From: Veleropilina oligotropha
Lineage: Eukaryota
Reading direction: 5' to 3'
Assembly (NCBI GenBank): GCA_048128005.1
Contig: JBEUKZ010000071.1
Coordinates: 124,001 to 188,000 of the forward strand
Length of the DNA stretch: 64,000 bases
Below are positions 37,769 through 49,844 of this stretch, one piece after another (the stretch's first letter is position 1; every line of letters starts with the position of its first letter). The notes beneath the pieces are model-generated. The model saw only the letters and a list, made by a program, of their open reading frames with translations, had not been told where the DNA came from and searched no databases. The translations under genes and the position numbers were made by a program.

Positions 37769-39734
37769 GTATAGGCCTATTTCCTAAGTTTATAAAATGA
37801 CCAACTGTGAACTACATTTTAGGGAAAACGTTCAACATTACACATTAACTGGACTAATCACTAATTAATTCAGTCTCATTAATTCCATACTGGTATTACA
37901 ATGGCAACATATTATGTAGGCTTGTTCGCTGCCTTCTATATTTCCATTCTCGCGTATGAGTTGATCATCGGTGCGTCTTTTTACTCAAATATACTCCAAT
38001 ACACAAATATACTCAAATAAACGTAAATCTATTAAAATAAGGTAATATATATGCACATAGAAGATGCATATGTATTAAATGTTAACCCTAAAATTAAAAA
38101 TGTTCATCGTATCGTGAAGATATGCCCACATACTTAAAATACAGGTAACACAACGAGCGAAGACAACGTGGGGATTATAAAATTTAGACACCGTTTATCG
38201 AAATCACTGACACGATAATTATCTAATTCACCTGTCCATTCTGGACATGTAAAATGCACGACATATGTTAGCAATTAACCCATAGTCGCGTTGGATATAA
38301 TATCGGGTATCCAGAAATGCTAAATAATTATTGAATTCGGTGATTTGGCAAGAGTGGTTATCATCATTTTTACCGGTTTTGCTAATTCGTTACCCTGTTT
38401 CCGCATCCATTTCTGACTAGAAATACTGATGGCATGACTGTGTTAGAAGCGCGTTTGCACTCCATAATATCATAGTATTTAGTAAATGCAAAGTTAGTTG
38501 TAGATCTATATCATCATCGTCTTCATCCAGTTATGCGTTTGAGACTATGTTGCTCTTCTATTTCCTTGTTGCGTTGGCTCTCTGTTGTCAAATATTTTAT
38601 TATTTTGAAAGTTCTAGTACAAATGTTAAACATTATTAATGTAGGGGGTTACCTTGATATTCTTACATGTTTTAAGTATGCGTATATCACTTTATTTGAT
38701 TGGATACACGATTATTTGAGTATATTTGAGTATATTTGAGTAAAAAGATGCACCTGTTGATCATGATATCTGGAAGTGACCAATGAGCAATTGTGAAGGT
38801 GTATGATAGAGGTTCACATGTAGACTTTACTTCAACAACGTTAGAGGCTGCTACTTCCCACGCAGAGTCTGTAAGACACGTCAACCTGGTCTCATTATGT
38901 TATAGGAGTAATGTAGACCTGTGGACTCTAGGTGGAGGAGTAAAGGTCATCCCTTCGTTTTCCATATTTAATCATGAGGCACACCTCACCCGGTGAATAC
39001 TAAAACATGGATATCATAGCCTTAGGTCTGGATCTTGATGGCACCCCACCACAAGGCGGTCCACTGAATGCACTGCACAACACGCAGTTTAATTACTTCA
39101 TTAATACTTGGACTTTACACTGCAGAGTGCACATACTGGAAGGCGATTGATTCATTGCTGTTAGTGGACATCTTTTGGAATAGCTTGCTGTTTCGTGAAA
39201 GATATTGCAACTGTAATGACATAACTTAAACAGAAGTTGCTGTTCTTGTGTTCATGTACCGGTATTTATATAATATATTAAAGTTAAGGTCTTGGTAATA
39301 TTTTCCCACATTGTGATAATAACGTATATAGAAATTTATTAATCCTTTAAATTCAAAATATGCATAATAGTAAAGATGGAATGAAGTTTAACTTAAATTA
39401 AATAATTATTGCTTGTTATAATGTGGCAGGCACTCATACACAAGTTGAAGTAGTGTAATGCATTCAACTCATGTTTGCTACAATATCTTATAATCCTATA
39501 GAATCACATTTTTGACCGGTTATTAATCGTGTAAGTCAGGACCTTCTGTCTTTCAAGGTTAATACTTCTGCTTACAGAAATTCTGATTCAATCCCCCAAG
39601 GGTCATTAATTAAATAACGTTCATCATCCTTGTCACAAGTTGTGGTAACATACGTTTAGATAAGTAAACTTATGTGGCACAAATTTAAGAATAATTGTTG
39701 ATATATTAATTAGTTAATATTTTATTTGTTTCAG

Positions 39735-39851
39735 GGAACAGAGCAGTAGAGCTCGGTCACGTGACGTGAAATCTGGTGCAATACCAAAAGTGATGAGACA
39801 CCAACACAAGGTGCTGCCCCCTATACTCGACAGGAAGCCCCACATCACAGA
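39735..39851 (+). CDS. FBXO15: FBXO15-like exon
   Basis: tttcag| ... |gtgagt, 117 nt, open in frame and leading into the F-box. Confidence 0.6.
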
Positions 39852-39874
39852 GTGAGTGGTGCAACGAAAGGGTG

Positions 39875-40082
39875 TGCGAGCATCCATGTCCAGAGTGTGG
39901 GCATCCATGTCCAGAGTGCGGGCATCCATGTCCAGAGTGCGGGCATCCATGTCCAGAGTGCGGGCATCCATGTCCAGAGTGCGAGCATCCATGTCCAGAT
40001 GCGGGCATCCATGTCCAGAGTGCGGGCATCCATGTCCAGAGTGCGGGCATCCATGTCCAGAGTGCGGGCATCCATGTCCAGA
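39875..40082. repeat. 21-bp minisatellite (gcatccatgtccagagtgcgg)n
   Basis: Visible tandem array. Confidence 0.92.
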
Positions 40083-40382
40083 TAACGACATAAAATATTC
40101 TTATTTATGTCGTTATTATGTGCAAGAAGCAGCTGTGTATGAGTTGTACAATCATGTTTCTTGTTAGAATATTCAATCGGTAGAGGATTTATGGAATAGG
40201 CTTTCCTGAATGCATGTTTCAGATAGATATGCTCTTGTTGCTTAAATTACAACATGCTCGCTAAACCGTATAATCAATGTTCACATTATTTATATTTATC
40301 CAATCTTTGAGTTCAGTCCCTGACTTCCATCACTCATTTATGGTCAATGTAGGATTGCAGCTGTCAAAATTAATGCTGGCAC

Positions 40383-40914
40383 AAGTAGTAGCAGCAACCA
40401 TGACGTCTGTCATAATCAATTAGTAGTAACAGTAACCATGACGTCTGTCATAATCAATAAGTAGTAACAGCAACCACGGCGTCTGTCATAATCAATAAGT
40501 AGTAACAGTAACCATGACGTCTGTCATAATCAATAAGTAGTAACAGCAACCACGACGTCTGTCGTAATCAATAAGTAGTAGCAGTAACCATGACGTCTGT
40601 CATAATAAATAAGTAGTAGCAGTAACCACGACGTCTGTCATGATCAATAAGTAGTAGCAGTGACCATGACGTTTGTCATAATCAATAAGTAGTAACAGTA
40701 ACCACGACGTCTGTCATGATCAATAAGTAGTAGCAGCAACCACGACGTCTGTCATGATCAATAAGTAGTAGCAGCAACCACGACGTCTGTCATGATCAAT
40801 AAGTAGTAGCAGCAACCATGGCGTCTGTCATGATCAATAAGTAGTAGCAGTAACCACGACGTCTGTCATAATCAATAAGTAGTAGCAGCAACCACGACAT
40901 CTGTCGTAATCAAT
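40383..40914. repeat. 38-bp minisatellite
   Basis: Unit taagtagtagcagcaaccacgacgtctgtcatgatcaa. Confidence 0.92.
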
Positions 40915-40995
40915 GACAACCTTGAATCTGTTGCAAAATTGAATAATAATAGTTTATTTCAGTTGCATCTGGCTGACGTAGCGTGAAGGCAATGC

Positions 40996-41256
40996 GGGAG
41001 GGAGGAATGATGCTTAATGTCCTGTATATTTACAACATCGAGGTTCAAGGCAGGACATGTCCGTGTTATCGCGGGAGGAAACCCCGGTCGCCCGGGTAAA
41101 CCCGCCCTCTTCGACCAGTCACGGACAACTGTGATTCATAACTTGAACAAATTTCAATGCCTCAGCTAGGTATTGAACCCACTACTGTTCGCATTAGCGG
41201 AATCAAGCCAGTGAAGTTAGAGTGGACACTCTACCCACTGCGCTGACGAAGCGGCC
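40996..41256 (-). mobile_element. tRNA-derived SINE with 12-bp TSD
   Basis: Reverse complement of 19664-19920; flanked by tgaaggcaatgc at 40984-40995 and 41257-41268. Confidence 0.85.
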
Positions 41257-41489
41257 TGAAGGCAATGCCTCCGAGTTATCCCATTATTTAATACAAAAAT
41301 CAAGATTCAACATCATGCTGCAGACTGTAATTCTTGGTATAATGCTTCTTAATGAAGTTTATTTGATGCAACTGCTCAGAAAACAATGATATGACATGTT
41401 CTATATATATTAATTTTAATTCTTTCAATTATAAATTATTAACATTGTTTATTTGTTACTTATATTTTACTTTTGTTCCTATATTGCAG

Positions 41490-41594
41490 CCTGCCAGATG
41501 AGATTATGCTGGAGATATTTTCGTATTTCGGCGCCCAGGATTTGTTGGTGTCTGCTACAGTCTGTCAGCGATGGCTTGACCTGTCGAATGACAA
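41490..41594 (+). CDS. FBXO15: FBXO15-like F-box exon
   Basis: LPDEIMLEIFSYFGAQDLLVSATVCQRWLDLSND is a canonical F-box; ttgcag| ... |gtaaga. Confidence 0.88.
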
Positions 41595-41812
41595 GTAAGA
41601 AAGTACAAGAGCATTTTCAAATCATTTCATTAGTTTACTGTATTATGATAATGTTCAGTGTCCCGATAACCACCCATGGTTATATTGGGCATGTATATAT
41701 TATTCTGAGAGGAATGTCTTTAATACATTGTCAAACCGTCCACTTGCTGGTTGTGAACCGCAGTAACTGATAGTTTTCAATCTATCCATCCTATCCACCT
41801 GCCAAGAATTCC

Positions 41813-43568
41813 AGTCAGACGTAACCAGCTCTCCTATCCTTCTGCTAACGAGTTCATGTCAGACATAACCAGTTCTCCTATCCTTCTGCTAACGAGTTCA
41901 TGTCAGACATAACCAGCTCTCCTATCCTTCTGCTAACGAGTTCATGTCAGACATAACCAGCTCTCCTATCCTTCTGCTAACGAGTTCATGTCAAACATGA
42001 CCAGCTCTCCTATCCTTATGCTAACGAGTTCATGTCAGATATAACCAGCTCTCCTATCCTTCTGCTAACGAGTTCATGTCAGACATAACCAGCTCTCCTA
42101 TCCTTCTGCTAACCAGTTCATGTCAAACATAACCAGCTCTCCTATCCTTCTGCTAACGAGTCTGACATGACCAGCTCTCCTATCCTTCTGCTAATGAGTT
42201 CATGTCAGACATAACCAGCTCTCCTATCATTCTGCTAACGAGTTCATGTCAGACATAACCAGCTCTCGTATCCTTCTGCTAACGAGTTCATGTCAGACAT
42301 AACCAGCTCTCCTATCCTTCTGCTGACGAGTTCATGTCAGACATAACCATCTCTCCTATCCTTCTGCTAACGAGTTCATGCCAGACATGACCAGCTCTCC
42401 TATCCTTATGTTAACGAGTTCATGTCAGACATAACCAGCTCTCTTATCCTTCTGCTAACGAGTTCATGTCAGACATAACCAGCTCTCCTATACTTCTGCT
42501 AACGAGTTCATGTCAGACATAACCAGCTCTCCTATCCTTCTGCTAACGAGTTCATGTCAGACATAACCAGCTCTCCTATCCTTCTGCTAACGAGTTCATG
42601 TCAGACATAACCAGCTCTCCTATCCACCTGCTAACGAGTTCATGTCAGACATAACCAGCTCTCATATCCTTCTGCTAACGAGTTCATGTCAGACATAACC
42701 AGCTCTCCTATCCTTCTGGTAACGAGTTCATGTCAAACATAACCAGCTCTCCTATCCTTCTGCTAACGAGTTCATGTCAAACAAAACCAGCTCTCCTATC
42801 CTTCTGCTAACGAGTTCATGTCAGACATAACCAGCTCTCCTATCCTTCTGCTAACGTGTTCATGTCAGACATAACCAGCTCTCCTATCCTTCTGCTAACG
42901 AGTTCATGTCAGACATAACCAGCTCTCCTATCCTTCTGCTAACGAGTTCATGTCAGACATAACCATCTCTCCTATCCTTCTGCTAACGAGTTCATGTCAG
43001 ACATAACCAGCTCTCCTATCCTTCTGCTAACGAGTTCATGTCAGACATAACCAGCTCTCCTATCCTTCTGCTAACGTGTTCATGTCAGACATAACCAGCT
43101 CTCCTACCTATCCTTCTGCTAACGAGTTCATGTCAGACATAACCAGCTCTCCTATCCTTCTGCTAACGTGTTCATGTCAGACATAACCAGCTCTCCTATC
43201 CTTCTGCTAACGAGTTCATGTCAGACATAACCAGCTCTCCTATCCTTCTGCTAACGAGTTCATGTCAAACATAACCAGCTCTCCTATCCTTCTGCTAACG
43301 AGTTCATGTCAAACATAACCAGCTCTCCTATCCTTCTGCTAACGAGTTCATGTCAAACATAACCAGCTCTCCTATCCTACTAACGAGTTCATGTCAGACA
43401 TAACCAGCTCTCCTATCCTTCTGCTAGCGAGTTCATGTCAGACATAACCAGCTCTCCTATCCTTCTGCTAACGAGTTCATATCAAACATAACCAGCTCTC
43501 CTATCCCTCTGCTAACGAGTTCATGTCGGACATAACCAGCTCTCCTATCCTTCTGCTAACGAGTTCAT
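41813..43568. repeat. 44-bp minisatellite
   Basis: Unit gtcagacataaccagctctcctatccttctgctaacgagttcat, about 40 copies. Confidence 0.95.
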
Positions 43569-43639
43569 CGGAAACATAAAAATTATGTCAGCAATTTAGT
43601 ATTCAATGTTCAATGAATTTAACGTCTTCTATTGTTTAG

Positions 43640-43738
43640 TTCACTGTGGAGTCAAGTATGTCGGAAATATGTAAAAAAAACAAAGATCTCACCAGGAAAG
43701 CAGCCCATATCTTACTGGAAATCCCTGTGTATTGAAAG
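43640..43738 (+). CDS. FBXO15: FBXO15-like exon with GC donor
   Basis: SLWSQVCRKY...SYWKSLCIE; tttag| ... AG|gcaagt. Confidence 0.75.
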
Positions 43739-44028
43739 GCAAGTGTCAGATAGATTGTGATCTCATGACTGCACTCAAAAGTAAGAGAAATACCCAGATT
43801 TTCATTTCATTTTCAGTCTTGTAAATTCCTGATAATTTAGCTTTTTGTCGATGATTTATGTCCCGTTTTTTTCAAACCTTCAGGTTCATACCAGTAAATG
43901 TTGATATATTATTGCGGTAGGAAACCCTCTCCCCAGTAAAACCCGCTGTCACCGCCGATGAGTATTGACAACTGGGACTGTGACATTGAGCAAAATGCCC
44001 ACCTGGATTCAAACTCAATCCTGTAATC

Positions 44029-44861
44029 GAGAACAGTCCAGCGAGTGATGTCATACATAGCCCGCGGTCTGTAAGAGAGAACAGTCCAGTGAGTGATGTC
44101 ATAGTCCGCGGTCTGTAAGAGAGAACAGTCCAGTGAGTGATGTCATAGTCCGCGGTCTGTAAGAGAGAACAGTCCAGTGAGTGATGTCATAGTCCGCGGT
44201 CTGTAAGAGAGAACAGTCCAGCCAGTGATGTCATAGTCCACGGTCTTTAAGAGAGAACAGTCCAGCGAGTGATGTCATAGCCCGCAGTCTGTAAGAGAGA
44301 ACAGTCCAGCGAGTGATGTCATAGCCCGCGGTCTGTAAGAGAGAACAGTCCAGCGAGTGATGTCATAGTCCGCGGTCTGTAAGAGAGAACAGTCCAGCGA
44401 GTGATGTCATAGCCCACGGTCTGTAAGAGAGAACAGTCCAGCGAGTGATGTCATAGCCCATGGTCTGTAAGAGAGAACAGTCCAGCGAGTGATGTCATAG
44501 CCCGCGGTCTGTAAGAGAGAACAGTCCAGTGAGTGATGTCATAGCCCGCAGTCTGTAAGAGAGAACAGTCCAGTGAGTGATGTCATAGCCCACGGTCTGT
44601 AAGAGAGAACAGTCCAGTGAGTGATGCCATAGTCCGCGGTCTGTAAGAGAGAACAGTCCAGCGAGTGATGTCATAGTCCGCGGTCTGTAAGAGAGAACAG
44701 TCCAGTGAGTGATGTCATAGCCCACGGTCTGTAACAGAGAACAGTCCAGCGAGTGATGTCATAGTCTGCGGTCTGCAAGATAGAACAGTCCAGCGAGTGA
44801 TGTCATAGCCCACAGTCTGTAAGAGAGAACAGTCCAGCGAGTGATGTCATAGCCCACGGTC
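44029..44861. repeat. 44-bp minisatellite
   Basis: Unit gagaacagtccagcgagtgatgtcatagcccgcggtctgtaaga. Confidence 0.95.
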
Positions 44862-45055
44862 TTTTCAACTTGAATTTTCGTTGCGACCAAAAATTACTTC
44901 TAGGATTCAAAGCTTATCATACTTATTGTCAAAATAAAGATCTATAGATTGCATTCATGTGTTCTCGTTCTGCCAGAACCATAATTGTATTTGACTGAGA
45001 TCCTTTATGAATGGTGACAACCCCTATTATTTATTCTTGTCATTTCTATCCACAG

Positions 45056-45148
45056 TTGTAGTGTAGCAAGAAACAGTCGATCTTTACGGGTGTTGCGGGC
45101 CCTGGATCCTTATACAGGGATTCCCAAGGATACGCATAAGTCTCTCAA
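45056..45148 (+). CDS. FBXO15: FBXO15-like exon
   Basis: LRALDPYTGIPKDTHKSL resembles the FBXO15 PYTGLP motif as I recall it; cacag| ... |gtaggt. The gene continues beyond the viral insertion. Confidence 0.75.
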
Positions 45149-45213
45149 GTAGGTATAAACAGTAGAAAGCGATTTCTAACTTTAGGTGTAAAGTAAGCGC
45201 TATTTGTTTATAT

Positions 45214-45283
45214 GCCACTGTTGCTCAGTGGTATAGCACAGGCCTCTCAATGAGAGGTTTCGGGTTCAATCCCCATCGCGGTG
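45214..45283 (+). other. tRNA-like sequence (SINE head or tRNA pseudogene) ending at the viral insertion
   Basis: A box ttgctcagtgg, B box ggttcaatcc, ~70 nt; acceptor and anticodon stems are imperfect. Confidence 0.6.
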
Positions 45284-45476
45284 AGCAGCAGGGGGGGTGA
45301 CCATACCTTTTAGAATGGAAAAATAAAGCTCCCAGCACCATTTCAGAACCGAGCTGGTATTACTGTGGGGGACTAGGGAGTTAGGGTGGGGCCCAGGGGC
45401 CCGGGGGTGGGGGCTCCCAGCACCCTTTCAAACCCCAGGGTATAGCGTGTATTACAAAAAGTCACCGTGTGTACAC
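45284..45476. repeat. Left terminal inverted repeat
   Basis: agcagcagggggggtgacc...gtgtgtacac; reverse complement at 60738-60930 (2 mismatches seen) and 62921-63113. Confidence 0.95.
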
Positions 45477-45780
45477 GGCGCTGTCTGAACTAGGGTAGCT
45501 TAGAATAGTAAATTAAATTAAAACACTTACCTGTGGACATTTCGGCCGAAACTCATATCACTAATCCCCCTCCAGTAGGCCCCGTAATCTATAGATATCC
45601 TCCTGGAAGGCTCCCAGCACTGCAGCAAAGTCGTCAAAACAGATTTTTTTCAAGCCGATACCTTGGTCATCAGCCATTTCGGCCTGTGAGGCTTCGTCAG
45701 AGTATCTACCAGATACTGATGGCCCCGACTGACCAAGTTATGGTGGTGTGTCGGGTGCCTAGTTCTGTTGTTACATTTGC

Positions 45781-46068
45781 CTATTCGTCGTCCTTCAGTA
45801 GGTTTTGCAGCCTGCGTACATCTGCGGCTGCTGCATCATGGGCAATTTCAAGCGCACGGAGTTTTTCGAGCATCTTTTTCATTCTCCAGTTGGTTTTTTT
45901 CATGTTTTGATATATGTTGTCCCTACGGTTTTTTGTTCGGGTCAGTTCCAGTCTTGTCGCATTTTTCGATACCTGATTATCGGCGGCTTCTTCGTGAAGA
46001 AAGTTCTCTACAAAACCACGTTGTCGATCCATTCTCAAACTAAGTAGGTCTGTTGAAATGCTATCCAT
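45781..46068 (-). CDS. Viral hypothetical coiled-coil protein, 95 aa
   Basis: ATG start, charged helical sequence, TATA-like motif upstream; retained in the second copy. Confidence 0.5.
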   Translation of the reverse strand: MDSISTDLLSLRMDRQRGFVENFLHEEAADNQVSKNATRLELTRTKNRRDNIYQNMKKTNWRMKKMLEKLRALEIAHDAAAADVRRLQNLLKDDE

Positions 46069-46859
46069 CTGTATGTGACTCGAGACGTTATGCAGAGCTT
46101 ATATAGTTTCTCTGTGCGTTCTACAGCCTTCTAGATCAATTTATTACCACATCCCCTATATATAACTTCTGACGATCTCTGTTCATTCTAGAAGCTTTAC
46201 ATAGTATTTCCACGTACTCATCCCATATATAACTTCTTGAGATCTCTGATCATTCTAGAATCTTATTGCCACGTGACGATGAGTCGACGAGATTACTGTC
46301 CACCACGTAAACAAGGGGACCGATTTGTTTTTTCTGTGCTAAACGGAAGTGTGGGGACCAGAATAATGTGTCGGGACCAACCAGTTTTAACTGGGCTAAC
46401 GTCGGCGAAGTTCGCAGCTGTCGCATGAAATTTCTGTTTGCGATTCGCCTAATAATACACGTGACCATGATGTGAAGGTATCCATGGGCACTGCGAGGTA
46501 TTTCATTCATAAATCGGACAATGGATCGACCTGAAAAATATGCGATTCGCCTAATAATACACATGACCAGGTTGTGAAGGTAACCATGGGCACTGTTCGC
46601 ATAGGCATTCAACGCAAACAATACTTATTGATGCGAGGTATTTCATTCATAAATCGGACAATGGGTCGACGACAGCGACCTGAAAAATATTTATATAAAC
46701 AGCTGTGACCTGAAAAACATGTTAGGTCACAGCTGACCGCGGCAATACACAGTAGCATAGATTTCATGGATTTCATGGCTTGTCCAGATATCACTGTCCA
46801 GTTCTAGCTTTAATACGGGGGGGGAGGGGGGTAGTCGTGGCTACGCTCAACCTGGATAG

Positions 46860-47492
46860 TTAGTCGCCAGCCCCTATTTTTTTCAGCAGCTCTGCGCGAC
46901 CCTCTAAACGACCACGCTCAATAAGCTCGCTCTGGGTCTGTGAAATCGCGGTGTGCGCCTTCCTACTCTTATCCCGAATTGATGCCTTCATGGCTTGGTA
47001 TTTCTCCATCTCCCCTGTGACCAGTTGGAATTCATCATCAGACATCACCCCGTCCGCTAAGGCCTTTGAGACGTGGTCGGTTATGGTATTCAGCTTGCTG
47101 TCGGCCAGGACTCGAATCTCGTCGTGTTTCTTAGCCTTAACCTGGAGGCGTCGGCTGATATATTTCCCACCCATACTGGCGAGCCCACACCCTAATGCCG
47201 CTAGTTCCAGCACTAGGACAACAGGTGCGGCAACGATCGTGGACAACAGTCCAATTCCAGCACTACCCATACCAAGGGTCGCGACGACTAGCCCGTTATC
47301 TATCCCGTCAACGACGTTAACACCTCGGTGGTATTTTTTATATAGTGCAGCTCTTGTGTCCCTCTCTCGTTCTAATTGTCCCTGAAGCTCATTCACTTTC
47401 TGTAGTCGAAAAGACTGTGCCTCATGCAGTTCCGAAATCCCATCGCCACCAAGCTGTGGGTACAGCATTGGCGCTGAGGGTGTGTTGTCCAT
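46860..47492 (-). CDS. Viral coiled-coil / two-TM membrane protein, 210 aa
   Basis: Hydrophobic GLVVATLGMGSAGIGLLSTIVAAPVVLVLELAALGCGL flanked by helical regions. Confidence 0.75.
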   Translation of the reverse strand: MDNTPSAPMLYPQLGGDGISELHEAQSFRLQKVNELQGQLERERDTRAALYKKYHRGVNVVDGIDNGLVVATLGMGSAGIGLLSTIVAAPVVLVLELAALGCGLASMGGKYISRRLQVKAKKHDEIRVLADSKLNTITDHVSKALADGVMSDDEFQLVTGEMEKYQAMKASIRDKSRKAHTAISQTQSELIERGRLEGRAELLKKIGAGD

Positions 47493-47861
47493 CTATACGT
47501 GGCTGCATTGTTCCGCCGGTTGATTCCCCTTGTCTGCCGTAACGTTCAAATACAGAGTGCCGACCCACGGGGCCTTGATGGCAAAGGCGAGGGTCAACCT
47601 GTCCGAATTCAGGCCAAGCTTACTGATGGAACATGCTTTGGGGCCCCCGGCCGGCTGGACCGGCGTCAGGTGGATCATTAGCAGGGCTAGGTTCAACCCA
47701 AATCGACCTCCAGTGTTAGGGATCATGAACTCCCTCCTCGCCAGCCCCTTATTGGGCGCTACCCCACAATTAAGGACAAAGTGCCACCGGGTTGGGGAAG
47801 AGGGCTCATCTGCAAGCAGGGGTGGGGGTGGGAGTGGGGTCCCATAGATGCTGGCGCTCAT
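47493..47861 (-). CDS. Viral hypothetical protein, 122 aa
   Basis: ATG overlaps the upstream stop (ATGA) and the stop abuts the next ATG: tight viral gene packing. Confidence 0.6.
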   Translation of the reverse strand: MSASIYGTPLPPPPLLADEPSSPTRWHFVLNCGVAPNKGLARREFMIPNTGGRFGLNLALLMIHLTPVQPAGGPKACSISKLGLNSDRLTLAFAIKAPWVGTLYLNVTADKGNQPAEQCSHV

Positions 47862-48565
47862 TGTATCGCAAGGACTGCGGACATAGGCATACCGTGATTG
47901 TTGAGCGGGTTACCATCTGGGTCTGTGACCCACACCTTCAACTCTGTGATTAGTCCGGCCTGCAGTCGCCGGCCGGCGGGATAGCTATGATAGTGGGCAG
48001 CTTCACCGAACATCTGCGACGTTATAGGGACCACCGCGAGAATATTGCTAGGGGCGCCGTCCTTCACATTGTGTGTTGTACTGAGCTGCTCCAGGTGAAC
48101 GTGTAGGGTCGCTGCAATGGCAAACCCGACAGGCTTGTTCCCGTCATACGTCGCGGGGCGTAGCCATTGCGGCTCATCTGCAGGCTTGTTCTTGTCATAA
48201 GTCATAAGCAGCCACCACCCTGCAAGGGTGAAGCCGAGGAGCTTCCGTATATCGGCGCTGATCGCGAGTTGAGTCCCAGAGGGGACCACGAGTCGCGCGA
48301 GTCCAGTAGCACGGCTCACATCTAGCTGTATGTTAACTAGCGACCTCTTCATTGTCTTGGCGAGGGAATCGAAGCTGTAGAAACCCGGTGCCACCTCGAC
48401 CGTGGTATCCGGGGTCTTAAAGAATGCTCCAGCGTGCACGTTATGCCAGCCGACCCAGTAGTCGAACGAGCGCAGGACGACGCATAGTTTGCCTTCCCGG
48501 TTATCTATCGGTTGCAGGAGGTGAACCGCGGTCCCCTCTTGAACACTCGTTAATGTGTGGAACAT
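47858..48565 (-). CDS. Putative minor capsid (penton, single jelly-roll) protein
   Basis: C-terminal pattern LHVHLEQL...SNILAVVP...ITELKVWVTDPDGNPL...VLAI resembles Polinton/PLV minor capsid proteins; size 235 aa. Confidence 0.6.
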   Translation of the reverse strand: MFHTLTSVQEGTAVHLLQPIDNREGKLCVVLRSFDYWVGWHNVHAGAFFKTPDTTVEVAPGFYSFDSLAKTMKRSLVNIQLDVSRATGLARLVVPSGTQLAISADIRKLLGFTLAGWWLLMTYDKNKPADEPQWLRPATYDGNKPVGFAIAATLHVHLEQLSTTHNVKDGAPSNILAVVPITSQMFGEAAHYHSYPAGRRLQAGLITELKVWVTDPDGNPLNNHGMPMSAVLAIQ

Positions 48566-48569
48566 AGCT

Positions 48570-49844
48570 ATGGCTCTTAGCCCCTTTGCGTTTAATGGGA
48601 GTGCGGCCTATCCGACCGGTGTGGTGTACCTAGGAAGGATCAACGATGAGCAGCTTACAAAACCAAGCGTCGTTGTCTCCTCGTCTGAATCTCCTGCCTT
48701 CGGGGCAGACTACCCCGACGTCTTTCAAAAATACCGCCTCCCTCACGTCGCGAGTGACCGGCTAATACGGGATTGGAACAGCACGGCGATGCGGTTCTGG
48801 CAGAACAAGGTAAACTTCGCCGTATGGTGTGCTACAACAGGTTCCGGGATCTCCTCAGAAGACCACTTGAATGCTACTGCAGCCCTCGCCAGAGCTGTAT
48901 TCACCTTCCACGTATACTATCAGGTCAGAAGGATCTTGACCGAGATTCAGGCCCCGCTGCCTCAAGACGTGACGTGGGATGCATTCGACACCCCGTATGA
49001 CCGAAGGGCATATGAAAAGATCTGCAGCGAATTCGGAGTGTCACCACATACCGACTGGCGTGTCAAGGGTCCCAACGGCGGACTAGGCACGGCTTACAGC
49101 TACTGGACGAACAATGGCTACCACTCCATAGGACGTGAGTATGACCCAAGCCGAATGTCATTCACAAAAGGGACTACCAACTCGAATCTACACGTGGACT
49201 ACATCGCGCAAGCGCCTAGCCTTTCAAACGGCTGGGCTTCGTTTATTCTGGACAAGTCAGCGGGATTTACCCGGGCCGGCGTGGAAAGGCTCAATGACTC
49301 CATCAGGGCCTACGTCTGGGCGATTCTTGGAGTGCAGGCGCAGACGCGTGCAGGCATTATCGGCACCGGTACGGCGTTTGACGCACAGAAACAGTTTCTG
49401 GCGAACGTGGAAGATGCCATCGCATCCCCCGTTGACCTACCAGCAGCAATCAAACGGTACCAAGAGGTGCTCCAGTATGCGAGGTCCAAAGTGGACTTCG
49501 TATTCGGCGTTGGCCTGTACATGGCGCCAAGTGACATGCTTCTACGGATCGGGCAGGTGGCTGGTTATAACAACGAGATCGTCGTAGCCACGGAAAACCA
49601 GACACTCGGTCTTAATACTACGGTCAACGCGGCCAGTGTGCCGCTCAACGCCGCACGGGGTACTGGAGAAACAGGACTGGTCATCCCACAAGACGCAGTC
49701 TTACGGGCAGATGCTCCGAAGCATCCAAACGATGAGGCCCTGGCAGCTGTTCGAGCCGGGGCTGCCCAGTCACATGACGAGGAGAAAACCGCACTTATCG
49801 TGGGTCTCGTCGTCGTTGGCCTAGCGTTCGTTTGGCTTACGTGA
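48570..49844 (+). CDS. Viral hypothetical protein with C-terminal TM anchor (~425 aa)
   Basis: Long ORF from MALSP; ends ALIVGLVVVGLAFVWLT. Confidence 0.75.
   Translation: MALSPFAFNGSAAYPTGVVYLGRINDEQLTKPSVVVSSSESPAFGADYPDVFQKYRLPHVASDRLIRDWNSTAMRFWQNKVNFAVWCATTGSGISSEDHLNATAALARAVFTFHVYYQVRRILTEIQAPLPQDVTWDAFDTPYDRRAYEKICSEFGVSPHTDWRVKGPNGGLGTAYSYWTNNGYHSIGREYDPSRMSFTKGTTNSNLHVDYIAQAPSLSNGWASFILDKSAGFTRAGVERLNDSIRAYVWAILGVQAQTRAGIIGTGTAFDAQKQFLANVEDAIASPVDLPAAIKRYQEVLQYARSKVDFVFGVGLYMAPSDMLLRIGQVAGYNNEIVVATENQTLGLNTTVNAASVPLNAARGTGETGLVIPQDAVLRADAPKHPNDEALAAVRAGAAQSHDEEKTALIVGLVVVGLAFVWLT

Noticed and set aside
41813..44861. Regular arrays resembling CRISPR
   Set aside because: Units are contiguous with no unique spacers, there are no cas genes, and the context is eukaryotic intron.
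45214..45283. Functional tRNA gene
   Set aside because: The acceptor stem pairs poorly, the anticodon arm is non-canonical and there is no poly-T terminator; treated as a SINE head or pseudogene.
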